A DNA stretch of 64,000 bases from Setoptus koraiensis (Eukaryota; Animalia; Arthropoda). The translations under genes were made by a program, and so were the position numbers. Below, in pieces: positions 1 through 11,971 of this stretch (positions within the stretch are counted from its first letter, which is position 1; every line of letters starts with the position of its first letter). The notes under the pieces are model-generated. The model worked only from the letters and a program-made list of their open reading frames with translations, ran no database searches and had not been told where the DNA came from. The stretch is taken from positions 21,266,001 to 21,330,000 of the forward strand of contig CM106585.1 of the NCBI GenBank assembly GCA_048013815.1. The letters run 5' to 3'.

Positions 1-439
1 GGCCCGGCGGCCAGCGATTGGGCGGCCTCTGAGACTCAGAGTCTCAGTCAGTGGCACTGACTCAGTGCGAGTGGCGGGCCAACAGCCGACACTGCTGACT
101 GACACCGGCGAGCGGCGCGGCCATGCTAATTGAGAGCCGGCAGCAGCGCCCAGCCAGTCTGGCAGCCCAGTTGCCACTCTGTCAAGCCGTTCAGCTGTCA
201 GACAACAAACACAAAACAGCTGACTGCGTCGGTTATTATTCAATGTCTGCGAATGACAACACCAGCACCAGCCGCATCACTACAGCCAGTCAGCTGGCGG
301 CGCAGCGCCGGCCCAGTCGGCGGGCCGGGCCGCCCGGCAAGTCGCGGAATTAATAAGCGGAGCCAAGTGCATGACATTTGTTCATCACTCAATGTCTTGG
401 CGCTATCATCATCGCCATCAACGCCATCAGTAGCTGCGC

Positions 440-464
440 GTGTGTGTGTGTGTGTGTGTGTGTG
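440..464. repeat. (GT)n dinucleotide microsatellite
   Basis: Perfect TG run read directly from the sequence. Confidence 0.95.
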
Positions 465-2437
465 CAGCGCCAGTATTAACAACAACAACAACAACTACAA
501 ATGCAATCACTAATAGGGACAACACGTACCATATAGCACCAGTTCCGCGCGTTGCAGCGCGGTTCCAGTTTGCCCGCGCTCGGCGGCTCTCGGCGGCGCT
601 CGCCAGTCCTCGCGGCAGTTGCGCCCGAGCGCCGAGCTGGCGAGATAATCATTTACCACCGACGCACAATCATAATAAATACGCTGCGTGCACGCTCTCG
701 ACGCCAGCGACTCGGGCAGCGGCAAGCACTGGCCAGGCCGCATTCTCGCTTGTCGGGCCGACGCGACCCGGCGCGGCCGCCCAACCAGCGCAAACAAATG
801 AACGAACAAACAAACAAACAATGGTGATTACATAAGAACTTAATGGCTAGAACGGTGCCAGCCAGCAACATAACAGGCTCTGCCTGGTGTCATTAACATG
901 CCCCGTGCGCGCGTCCGTCTGTCTGTACCATTGGCCGTGTCGATGTTTCATCACAACAATGATCGCACGTCACTAGCCGGGCGCCCCCCCCCCCGCCCGC
1001 TCACTCCGTTGCTGCAATGCTGCCGAAAACGATAGGTGCGTATGACACTGACGCTAACGATGCTTGATTTATCTAACTGACTGGATCTTTGCATTGTCGC
1101 CACTGTGCCACCGACAGGCGGCCCAAAACGCCAAACGACGTCTTTTGCCTGTCGACGGTGTCGACTGTCGGCTGCTGGCTGCCTACTGCCGGCTGGCTAA
1201 GCCCGCTGAGCGGCGACAGTCATCACGACAGTCGGCAGAACAGCCGGCCAGTATCCGAACGAGCAGCGAGCCCAACTGCGAGCCGAGCCACTCAACGAGC
1301 CGCTTGCCAGCGCACAGCGACGCAACGAAGATCAAGTCTGACATAAATTGACGCAAAAGAAGAGTTACAGTTATCAGGCGAGCGGGCGCCCATGCTAATA
1401 CGACGACGACTACTACTACTACTAATACTCGCCTGCCTGATCCCATTACGTCTAACGGGGCCCAGCCATCGGTGGCAGGCGCGCCAGTCTGGTCGCCAGC
1501 AAATACTACCTACGTCTACTTTCTCTGGCCCCATCAACTTCCGATCTCGTCAATGTCACTCAACGGGGATGACATTTACGCTGTCACTCACTCAGTTGAA
1601 CTTTCTCTCTCTCTCTCGCTGGCTCGTATTTCCCCTCGCTCTCTCTCTCTCTCTCTCTCTCCGTCTCTAATGTTTCCCGGTGGCTGGCACCCAAAACAAC
1701 CAGCCAGCAGCCATCACACACACACACACACGACAGTATGCAGATTCATCGTCGCTTATTTCGTTGTTTGCATTCTCTGTCGCTCTCTCTCTCTCTCTCG
1801 GCACACTGTTATGCAACTACTAAACTGCGGCACCGCATTATAAGCTGTCCGTCTATTTGCTGAGCTATACGCACGCATCCCAAGAATGTAAACTCTCTCT
1901 CTCTCGCTGGATCTTTCTAAACGCGCCAGCACTCTGTGCGAGGCCCCCAGAATACCCCTGCCCATTGAATAGACAGCTCATAGAAAGTGCCACGCGGGCG
2001 AGTTTAGTGACAGGAAAAAGCATCCATTTAAACGGAGGCGACACACACACACACACACTCTCTGTCTCTCACCTCGCTCATTCTACTGCCACCTCGCTCA
2101 CTCGGCTCGGATAGCTAGTCGGCCCACGCAGCGGCCCTAAGCGGGCCCAACCGACAACTACTAAAAGTGAGAACAGGTGACCTTGGTCGAGCTTGATGAA
2201 TCATGACAAGCGAGAGCCAGTGGCACTTAGCATTTTATGCTGGCGCAAACAGTAATCTTTGTTACTCGACAACGACGCAGCACACGCTCTCTTTGTCGTC
2301 GCGCAATCTGAACGCGGCCGTCCAATACGCCAATCTTCATTGTCATCCTCGCTCAAACTAAGTGACAAACCTCTACATGTACGTCTCAGCTCGTCTCGGC
2401 GCCTCTATTCTCATTCTGTCGTCTGGTCGGCGCTCGC

Positions 2438-2492
2438 AAGCGGCTCGCAAGCGGCTCGAAAGCGGCTCGAAAGCGGCTCGAAAGCGGCTCGC
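2438..2492. repeat. 11-bp tandem array (AAGCGGCTCG[C/A]) x5
   Basis: Five consecutive units differing only at the last base. Confidence 0.9.
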
Positions 2493-3060
2493 CTAGCCTC
2501 ATCATGAGATCATGTCACACATGTCGGCTTCAATGGGCATCTTAATCTTGCAGCCTTCAATCTATCACATCTCGTTATTATTGTTATTATTATTATTATT
2601 ATTATTTATTATTATTCTGTCACACTGTGCGCCATTGCAAAACTGTATCACAAAATGACAATCTCTCCCATCATGCACAGCGGTTGCGATACAGCAAATG
2701 TTGGCCACCGATCAATCGAACACTCTGTTTTACCTGCACACTGGCAACTTGTTCACAGCCATTATGCAACCGCCACCACACAAGCTGAAACTGGTGCCAC
2801 TATTAACGCCACCAAAAAGCAGCTTTTGCCTCTCTCGACCGAATGACCATGCATTCGGCTCAAGCGCTCACATTTGTTTACGTCAGATATTAGACATCAT
2901 TTATAATGAATGCGAAATTAACTATGCTCACATTATATCGCGCATCACATCGCCAAACTAAACTACACTGCTCATTTGCTCGATTAGCGACGACATTTTT
3001 GCGACGCTCACCCGAGATTCAGCTTCAAGCCGGCATTTCTCACAATCAACTATCAACGCC

Positions 3061-3690
3061 TTAAAAGTAGCCGATCATGTGATGTGACCAGGTGAACGAA
3101 TATCTGCTTTGGTTCTTGTGGATTAAGGCGCACAGATGCGGGCGGATTTTTGTCTGGCGCATATTAAATAAAAGTAAATGATAATTCGACCATGACAGCT
3201 CTTAACGACAGCAGCTATTTCAAGCACTCACTACTCGTCAACATTTTCGAATCAACACGTACTGAAGTTGCGCATGCGCCTCAACCCAATCGGAGCATGA
3301 TTTATTCTTGACACAGGTAGTTACTTCGACTTCCAAATCGTCTGCTACCTCTTGTCGTAATTCAACATCAACTGCGACAAATTCACAATTCGATTAACCT
3401 GCCTTCTCAAGATAATTGAGGCTCGACTACAGCCGAGAATTTCTTTGTCTTCTTAGATACATTCTGCGACATTCTCCGGCTCAGCAGCTCATTGCATCAA
3501 CAAATATTGGTTCTACTCTGCAATATGGTGGAGGAGACAACTAAAGAATAACCATTTCGTGATCGAGGCCAGAGATTTGGATGTTTGGTTGGTATACATA
3601 TATATCGGAGGGAGCTTCTTGGATAAGCTGACACAACGAACGCAACTCTTTCTCGATCTATCATCGCATAGTAGTAACCAAAGTACATGA
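3061..3690 (+). pseudogene. Possible decayed aspartic-protease (retropepsin-like, LTR-element pol) fragment
   Basis: Frame +1 reads, through several stops, ...LVLVD*GAQ...LKLRMRLNPIGA*FILDTGSYF...SATFSGS...HFVIEARDLDVWLVYIYIGGSFLDKL. ILDTGS (3304-3321) is the D[T/S]G catalytic motif and IYIGGSFL resembles the retropepsin hhGxxFL C-terminal motif. Similarity judged by eye only. Confidence 0.33.
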
Positions 3691-3994
3691 TACAAGAAAC
3701 AATCACGCCACGGTGATAATAATCCGATTGAATGAGTTGTCATTGACTCATTCATAATGTATGTATTTAATAAATTAATAGTCAGTCTTCTTTCAGACAT
3801 CATCTTATACACATCTTTTACAATAATTTAATAATAACATGTTTATCAACTATATTTGTTAGATTCTCAATCAATCGTTCTTGCTTCTCTGTGTCGCCAT
3901 TCTGTTTTGTGCGAATATATGTATAGGCATGTGTACAAATGTCTACACACTCAAATGTGACTTGATTTCTGGTTTGATGATGTGAATATATAAA

Positions 3995-4000
3995 TTTATT
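3995..4000 (-). terminator. Candidate polyadenylation signal (AATAAA) of tsh
   Basis: TTTATT on the plus strand, about 177 nt past the tsh stop codon, in AT-rich UTR-like sequence. Confidence 0.45.
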
Positions 4001-4176
4001 GTTGAACTGCAGGATTACGACAAGTCGCTTTCTGCTGTGATATAGTTGATCTCACGTAATGATTACGATTTTTCCGTTTCTCACGGAGGTCAATTCTAAT
4101 GAATTTAGGAATGTATCGGTATTGTTCAGAGGAGATCTATGACGAAATCAATTGAGTGGGCTAATATTGATCCATC

Positions 4177-6223
4177 TCAGGGTTTGACTTCAAGAACACT
4201 TTTAGTGTCGCCATTGGTCTTGCCGACCTGACCTAGCACCGTCGGCTGCTGCTGGTTATGTCTATTTTTCGAAGATCTATTCTGGTCCAACTCAAGCGAG
4301 GCGGATGCCATATAATTTCCACCATAATCCTCGTTGTCTTCATCGCTAGATGTTAGATCATCGTGATTTATACCACTCAAGCCACAATGACTGCTACTAT
4401 TATGATCATCAACCACGCCAGACACTATTTTATTAGCTTGCGACACATCGTCAACGCTCGCTGATTCTGTACTGATTTGCAACTTGTTAGATTGATCTGT
4501 ATTTATCTCATTTGCAGTATCTTCGTTGTCAGTATTTCGCTCATCGTCGGTGAGATTTTCGGTGATTTCTTGTGATGCCTGAGCTTGAGTTGAATTACTT
4601 GTTTGATGCTGCTTTTCACCAGCTGAAATCTCATAAGCAGCGGATGATGGCATTTCTGCCGATTCACAATCGCTGTTACCTCTGTTGAGCGGCTCAAAAA
4701 TATTATTTTCTTCTCTTTCAACGTCGGCGGCGGCGGTTTCAACTTCTCCTTCTTCGGCATCATCATTTCGAGAAACTACCGTCTGTTTCTGGTTTGAGAT
4801 GGTCTTCGTACTACCGCCAATTGATTTCTCGTGATGACGATTATTTTTATCTTGATCAATATTATCATCTCCATCCTTGTTACCATTTGATTCATCATGA
4901 TCTTCAGCTCTATCGTCGCACAGTAGTAGTTGATCACCTTCTTCATTTTTCTTTCTCTTATTCGCATTTGATTCTGTTGCGGTTGAATCATTCAAATCAT
5001 TATCGACATTGATCTTACCAATGATTGATTTTCTACTAGATTGATTATCAAAGTCGGCAACTTCTTCTTGTTCATCATGCAAAACACGATTTGAGTGATC
5101 GTCTTGACCGGTTATCTGCGCCTGGCCACTAGCATCATCTTTAACGTCGTCATCATCATCAGCATCGGAGCCGTCATCATCGATTTCGGAATTATCATTA
5201 CCTTTCTTTGAATGCTGCTTGCGCCTTTTCGAGTTAGATTTGCTTTTCTCTTGTTTTAATGATGAGTGATCAGCATCAACTAAATCTTGTTCTTCTGATG
5301 ACGCAACGGTGTATTTTTCATCATGTTTTACCGGCACCTCTTCTGTATTTGAAATATCCTGTTGATCTGATTCATGCTGTTGACTGGCTATTACAGATGA
5401 CGATGAAGACGTGGCCTGAGTGTTTCGTTTAGATGAACTCGATTTTCTAGATGGAGCTTTTTTCGTTGATTTTCTACCTCTGCTGCTGGATTTAGTTTGT
5501 TGTTGTTTATATTGTTGTTGAACATTTGCTGAAGAAGTGAAATCAACACAATCACCATCGTCACTTAGGCCTTCTTTATCGTCCTCATCAATGTCATCAC
5601 TAAACGACCTCCTTGCTGATTTCTTTTTGGATTGTTGGATGCCATCAGCATGAGCTTGCTTTGGTTGAGTTTGATTCTGATTTTGATTTAGCATACTACC
5701 GAGAAGATACTGTTGCACACTTGCTAGATTATCTGGCGCAGGTTGAACATGATTTCCTGTCACCATAGATGCCACGGCCTGAGTCATTAATTGCTTCAGC
5801 AAAAATGTTGCCTGCATCGCCGCCAAAGATTGTTGATTAACGTCATCTCGTGGCAATTGCTGTTGCTGCTGCAGTTGCAGCTGGAGTTGTTGCAATTGCT
5901 GAAGAGGATTCTGTTGAAAATCTTGCTGTTGCATAGATGATGCTGTTGTATCGGATTTTGTTGATTTCTTCATAGCCAACGACACTGGCTCTTGCTCATT
6001 GTCATAGTCTTCGAAATCGTCCTCGGATTCAGATTCAAGCTGCTGCTTCAATTTGTTCAATGTCGTCGATGTCTTTGATCTTCTAGGATAACGATTGCTC
6101 GTTGTTGTCTGGCTGCTGTTATTGGCCGGAGGTTCGTCATTTAATTTGGCCTTCTTTGAACCTTTTGTAGATGAGTTGTTGCGCGAGCTAGACGACGGTG
6201 CTGATCGACGCGAAGTCTGCTGG
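4177..6223 (-). CDS. tsh: tsh exon 3: ~682-codon acidic, S/Q/D/E/K-rich low-complexity C-terminal region
   Basis: Long open frame preceded by a polypyrimidine tract and a CAG acceptor in the phase required by exon 2. There is no good ATG start of its own near the 5' end. Confidence 0.7.
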
Positions 6224-9200
6224 CTGAAGGAGGTAGATTTGCACAAAGAAAAGGTAAAAAATCAGTGTCATGATGGAAAAGAGGTTCAGTTTTAATATTA
6301 GAAATCGAAGATCTCAAATTGCTCATTCTTGGAGTTCTATGTCAAATTTTCATTTTCAGGTAGATGAGGCTGCAATCTAATCATAAGACAAAAGGTGGAT
6401 TTTTCATATCAAACAGCTCATACGATGCAAGTATACAAACATCAAGCGCGAGAATCACAAAGTAATACTTTGCGATATCCTCGCGGTCTTACACGCTCAC
6501 AACTCATTAGTTGAGTTGCACAAGATTGAGCAGACCTATCAGCAAGCCATGAAGAACAGTGAAAGCGAATTCGCATGCTGGCTTTTCCCCAACTACTGAG
6601 GGATGAGATTAACTCGGTTGCTGTCGACTGATCGGAGTCGATATGCTTTTTAGGTCTGATGCTACCAAGTCTCATCGAGATCAACGCAGCGAAACAGTCT
6701 ACTATGACGGGGGTAATCGCTCTGTAGAAGACTTTTGGAGAAATGAAGCGCATAGTATCATGCTCAACGTCTCAAGCGTCATGACTAGGGAGAACAGAAT
6801 CGGTTAATAACCGAAATTTTTCAGGTGATGGCAAAACTCTGAAACTTCGTATTTTGTCCAGGTCGACCTAGATACCGATTTCGACCTTTTCTGTCACAAA
6901 AACTGAGAAATGAGGCATTTTCCACGAATTCTCCCATAATATGTTTCAACGAGGAATCGAGAAGGTCAATTAGTAGGAGGGATTTTTGGGAGGTGTAGGG
7001 GTGTCCCCCCCACGGGGAGCTCCCACCTCCCTCTTTCTCACACCTGCGAGGTCTTCCTCCGGGCTGCTTCGCCCCTGATCACTAATTTCGACTGGCAAAA
7101 ACCGAAAAATACGACGTTTGGATCTCATAAAAACCAAATTTGAGTAGTTTTAACCACCGATTCTGTTGTCCCTAGTTATTATCAAGGTGATTATGCTGAG
7201 AACGATGATGACTAAATGAAACTTCATTCAAGATATTGATATCCGAGATTTTGGATTAAACCCAGCCGGAAGATCAGTAAATTCAAACTTATAACTTACC
7301 TGCTATTGTCCTGAGAAGCGGGTTTTGGTGGGTTATCGTTGAAATCATCGTCTTGCATATTTTGAAAAGATCGCTTGCTGCTACGCCCAGCATTTGATGA
7401 CGCTGAACCCTTTGTTGAACTCAGTGACGCGGCTGTGGGCGACGAATGGGGCGACTGATATTGCATTGAAGACGACGCCAAGCTCTGTAACTGTTGATGT
7501 GTTGTTGCCATCAATGAATTCAGCGATGGACTCGATGATGCTTCTATCTGTAGATTGTTTATAGACGGATTCAATGACATCGATTTTAAAGACTTGTTGT
7601 GAGAGGAATGTTGATGACCGCTACTATGGGGACTCGATGTATTTGTGGGTGGACTTGAGCTTGGTGTTCTCATTGGTGATGTCATGCTAGCTCCTTGACC
7701 GCTCAGTGGTGTGATATTGTTTTGAGATCTTGATGAATTGGCAACATTGCCCAAAGAACCCATCGACATAGGCATGCCTGGTGGCAGAGGATAACCTGAC
7801 AAGCCAGACATGGCTGCCATAGGGTTTCCTTGGATGCCACCATAAGAGGCCGCAGCCGCAGCGTACCAGCTTGCATAATTCATATGTTGCCATGGCGGAC
7901 AAATTTCTTCATCTATGCCGAGTCGCTGTAATATACCTGTATTTTGAGCACCGCGACGAGTTTTGGGGTCGAAGCTTTTCTCGACTAACATTTCAAGGGC
8001 GGACAAAGATGACGTATTGCTGCTGAATATTTTTGCCTTGCTGCTGCTTTTATCTGATGGACTAACAGCGGACAATGTTTGTGGTCTTGTCACTTTGATG
8101 TCTTGGAATGTAACGGATTTACCTGAATCACTAGCATCAATCTGACTACATTTGTTGTCATCATTCTTTTCTGTCTTGATAGATTTAGCTGTGTCTTGTT
8201 GATCTTTCTTGACACTATCGTCGCTTTCTTGTTTTGTAGATTCATCTCCAGTTTCTTCAGTCTTGCTAACACAATGTTTGTCTGGGTCATCATCATTCTT
8301 TGATGATTTAGATTGAGATTCACTATTAGGTTCTGACTTTGTTTGAGCTGATGTAAGTCGACCGTCCAGATTGATCACAACATCACCATTGCTATCATAC
8401 ATCAAGGGCCTATTTAGGAGATCTTCATCCAACTGATCTGGGTCTAATTTGTTATTCATTAATGACGCTAGCAATTGACGGCCTACGGTACCTGGCTTAT
8501 ATAATGTTGAGCCTGTTGTCATTGGTTGAGGATTTGCACTTGAACAGGATCGACACTTTTGTCTGCATGATGATTTCTTTTGGTTATTGTGACAATCAGC
8601 ACAGTGGGGAGTTAAGTTTGTTGTGTCGATATGAATTTGATTTCTATACGAGGCCGATGTTGAAGAATGCATGGATTCGTGATCGCTCATGCCAGGCGAC
8701 ATTTGTGACTGACCTGAACGACCCCTAGGAGAGCGATCCAAAATTCCTGAAAAATCATCTCCTTCGTCGTCGAAGTCATTGTGGCGTTTTTTAGCTTTAC
8801 TATCACTATTATGCGCCCCATAGACCTTATTACCGCTATTGGCGTCATCTCTATATTGGCTAGTCTCATCATCGCTCATACCAAGATGATCATTGTCGTT
8901 ATAAGCTGAATTAGTCTCTTGTCTATCTAGCATTCGAGACATCAATGCCATGGAAGAGTTGTCTCTACCATTGTCATCACAATCGCTGTCTTGGTTGGTT
9001 AGACCTGATGTGTTGTCAGTCAAAATAAGATCATTCTTTGATTGGTTATGTCTACCAACTGTGGCCGAACCTTTTCTTTCCAGCTCCAATAATTTGCGTA
9101 CTGGCAGAGATTTCTTACGGCGCTCCTTTGTAGAGTTTGATGTCATCTGTGGTGATGCAGATTGATCATAATCATTATAAAATGAAGAGGAATTTCTTTG

Positions 9201-11971
9201 TTTCTTGTGTGAACTGACCTGACCAACTGATTGCATATCTGGATTAATGAGAGATGGACTTTTTCTATTTGTGGTAGTATTTAATAAGTGTTGTTGATTA
9301 ATCATATGAGCGCTGTTACTTTCGCCACCAACAAGGCCGTAGTTACCGATGGGGCTACTCATCGGCTGACCATTATAATGGGATTTTTTTACCATGTGAT
9401 TAGACAATTCATTGAGCGAGCTAAATGCTTCATCGCAGACTTTACATGTAAATACTTGATTTACTTGTGATTGTGTTAGATCGTTATCGGGCGTCCTCCA
9501 CGAAGTGATTTGTTCTTGACTAACAATATTTGTATAATGCTGAGTTTCTTTCATATGTTGCGATAGATCGGCTAAAGTCCTGCATGACTGACCGCACCAC
9601 ATACCTATAATTTGATGTGCATGTCGCAAATGTCATATACATATTGGAATGATGGGATGTCAATGCATGACAAATTGGAATTGATGAAGGTAGGGATTTT
9701 TTGTTGTTTTGTTTCGTTCCGATAATAACGCATTTGCATGCAAACAGTTGGTGTGATACACCAAAGGGCGATCGTAATTAGAAATCAACCAATATGGTGA
9801 TCATCGTGCGAGTTATAAATCATCGTTTCCACCAAATGAAATATTAAGCCATATCGCCCATCATGCAAACCCATACGTCGTCATGATCATAACATAGATA
9901 GATAAAATAGATGGACAGATACACAGATGCCAAAAATGCACACGCGCATATTATAATATATGTGTTATCACCATTTCGGCATAAATAGAGGGTTGTTTGT
10001 CCATGTTGAATGTTAATCATAAGGCCGAATGAACGAGGTTGTTCGGGATTTTTTAGACGATCAATCATAGTTGTCGCATTTTCATTCAATCAATCAGAAT
10101 CGACCAGCCGTTTCACATGAATGAGGACATTACCAATGATAATTTACGTAACGAAATTGTGTGTTTGGGTGGTGTTTGATGTGAGCATTAGTTATTCAAT
10201 CGATGTACACGTCAATGTATCCACATACACGGGGAAGTATGGTCAGGACACAATGTATGTAATGTGATTTGTGATATTTTCAAGAATTGTATTTTTGTGT
10301 GTGTTTGTGTTCAGGTCATTGTATTGCGGATGTCGTTGACCGAAACCACAACCACAATTAGAAGAGGAGAGAGAAAACGATAATTTGTTATAGTATTTTG
10401 TGTATCGAACAGCAGTGTTAAAATGCTGGACTGAGAATCCATCATGTATATTTGTTGTAGTGGTTTTGTCGCGCTCGTTCTATTTCAATCTGACCAGTGC
10501 TGGTAATTTCATTATCAGCAGTTGTGCACTATTGACAAAATTCATACATCGAAGAAAACTGTGAATATTTTAATGCATTGGCATCGTTATTTGCATCATA
10601 ATCAATGGTGGACGATACCTGAATGGCTGGTCTGATGGTATTGTCGCCATGCCATTTGAACAATATCATATCTAACATCAGTTTTCATTATACCAACTGT
10701 CATCCAAACGAATTTGTGTGATTAGAAGATGGATTTTACTTACACTTCAGTATTTGTCTAGTTTGCTCTACGCCTCTGCCTAGCCAAACATCCTGGCCCC
10801 TCACTAATTTCCTAGGTAAACCGACGTTATTTTTTGCTAGCACCGTTGAGCTAATTGGTTCTCTAGGTGAATTAGTTGATACAGATTGCTTATGAGAAGA
10901 TTGATGATGATGAGATGACGATGACGACGTTTTATGATGTTGCTGAGAGGCAACATTTATAGGCGCTTGAATATTTGTGACGGGCGATGATAGTGCCAGT
11001 GCTTGTGCATGGGAGGATTGCATTTGATTTGTTGATAGTGCTGTGGTGGTCATATTGAGGCCCACTTCAATTTTGCCACCATCTAACGAGGTTGAGATAT
11101 TTGTATTATTAGCATTGTTGCTATGAGATATTTGTTGATTGTTGATTGCTTGATTGTTACCCGATATTGATTTACTATTAGCACTAGATCTTGTGTTTGC
11201 ATTTTGATTTTGATAATGATGATATGCTGTTGATTGTTGTGACTTGTTTGATGTTGTTGTTGGCTGCTGTTGGTGATTGGTTAGCGATGAGGGCGACGAG
11301 GAGGTGCTACCACTATTATTGAGCTGCTGTTGTAATTTTGCATTACTACTTTGCTGGTGATTATTATTATTAATTTGGGAATGATTGGACGGTGATGAGA
11401 TTAAATTATTGAGCTGATGTTGTAGTAATGAGGGCAATGCATTCAAAGCAGCTGCACTAGCGCCAGCTGAATTGTTTGCTGAATGACTTGAGGACGATCT
11501 AAGCGCGTTCGCGAGCGCTGTCGCGTGTTGTTGATCCGGCATGTTGCCGAAGCACGATGCAGCCAGTGCGGCGGCGGCGGCCGACGATGGGTTTTGAGAT
11601 GAGTTATCCTGTTGTTGTTGTTGTTTTTGAAAATTTTGCATCAGTGCGGCAAGATTGACGGGCGAGCCGGCATTGGCTAATAGCGCCTCTAGGGGATTTT
11701 GAGTATTCAATTGTAGTTGTTGCGAGGCGTTGTTTGTTGTTGACGATAATGAGGTATTGTTATTACCGGTATTGGTTGCGGATGACGTCAGGTCGTGATC
11801 GTCACCTTGTTGTGATTGCACTTGTTGGTTGTTGGGTTGTCCTGCAGCGTGCATGTGTTGGTTGGCCGTGGGTGGTTGTTGGCCGTTCCACAGGCTGGAG
11901 AAGACGGCCGCGGCTGCTGCGGCTGCCGCGGCTTGCTGAATAAAGAATTGTTGCAATTGCTCGTTGGTCAT
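4177..11971 (-). CDS. tsh: Teashirt/Tiptop family C2H2 zinc-finger transcription factor; join complement(10744..11971, 7300..9604, 4177..6223), ~1859 aa
   Basis: Diagnostic Tsh/Tio motifs: PRKLVRGQDVWLGRGVEQTRQILKC|MWCGQS...HMKETQHYTNIVSQEQITSW (ZF1), TCKVCDEAFSSLNELSNHMVKKSHY (ZF2), KERRKKSLPVRKLLELER and SALEMLVEKSF...GILQRLGIDEE. Canonical junctions keep the frame: T|GTAAGT at 10744/10743 to ttatag|GT at 9605/9604 (phase 1, rebuilds the first ZF Cys), and AG|GTAAGT at 7300/7299 to ccttcag|C at 6224/6223 (phase 2). Exons of 1228+2305+2047 = 5580 nt. The ATG sits in an AAAAC context with an upstream in-frame stop. The family call is firm; attachment of the last exon is inferred from splice phase. 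Confidence 0.9.
6385..6780 (+). mobile_element. Probable decayed hAT-family transposase fragment inside tsh intron 2 (antisense to tsh)
   Basis: Two frameshifted frames read ...DILAVLHAHNSLVELHKI...ESEFACWLFPNY* and EINSVAVD*SESICFLGLMLPSLIEI...GVIAL*KTFGEM. This resembles the hAT transposase ALDxLQGE..C[F/Y]LG.LLPTL and LEKRFG segments. Contains stops and a frameshift; judged by eye only. Confidence 0.35.
6784..7176. mobile_element. MITE / non-autonomous DNA transposon (~390 bp) with 21-bp terminal inverted repeats
   Basis: Left ACTAGGGAGAACAGAATCGGT (6784-6804) and right ACCGATTCTGTTGTCCCTAGT (7156-7176) are reverse complements with 1 mismatch. There is no internal ORF; the interior has a G/C-run segment at ~6985-7075. 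Confidence 0.75.
7300..9604 (-). CDS. tsh: tsh exon 2 (ZF1 remainder, ZF2, KSLPVRKLLELER motif, ILQRLGIDEE motif)
   Basis: 777-aa ORF track bounded by a canonical acceptor (9605) and a GTAAGT donor (7299). ZF1 at ~9537-9604, ZF2 at ~9378-9446. Confidence 0.92.
10744..11971 (-). CDS. tsh: tsh exon 1 (Q/A/N/S-rich N-terminus ending in the conserved pre-ZF1 motif)
   Basis: 411-aa ORF ending ...GQDVWLGRGVEQTRQILKC followed by a GTAAGT donor. An additional upstream exon cannot be excluded. Confidence 0.88.

Larger units (their letters stand above)
1..2900. other. Non-coding, GC/CpG-rich, microsatellite-rich region downstream of tsh
   Basis: Only short low-complexity ORFs. Contains (GT)n at 440-464, (AAC)n at ~479-497, (CT)n tracts at 1605-1660 and (TTA)n at ~2575-2614. 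Same sequence texture as 13-30 kb. Confidence 0.7.

Noticed and set aside
123-2961. Many 60-130-aa ORFs in the first 3 kb
   Set aside because: They overlap on both strands, are driven by CA/CT/AAC repeats and GC-rich codons, and show no recognisable motifs.
6442-6753. 103-aa minus-strand ORF in tsh intron 2 as a possible extra tsh exon
   Set aside because: It has no Tsh motifs, exons 2 and 3 join in phase without it, and the opposite strand better fits a transposase relic.
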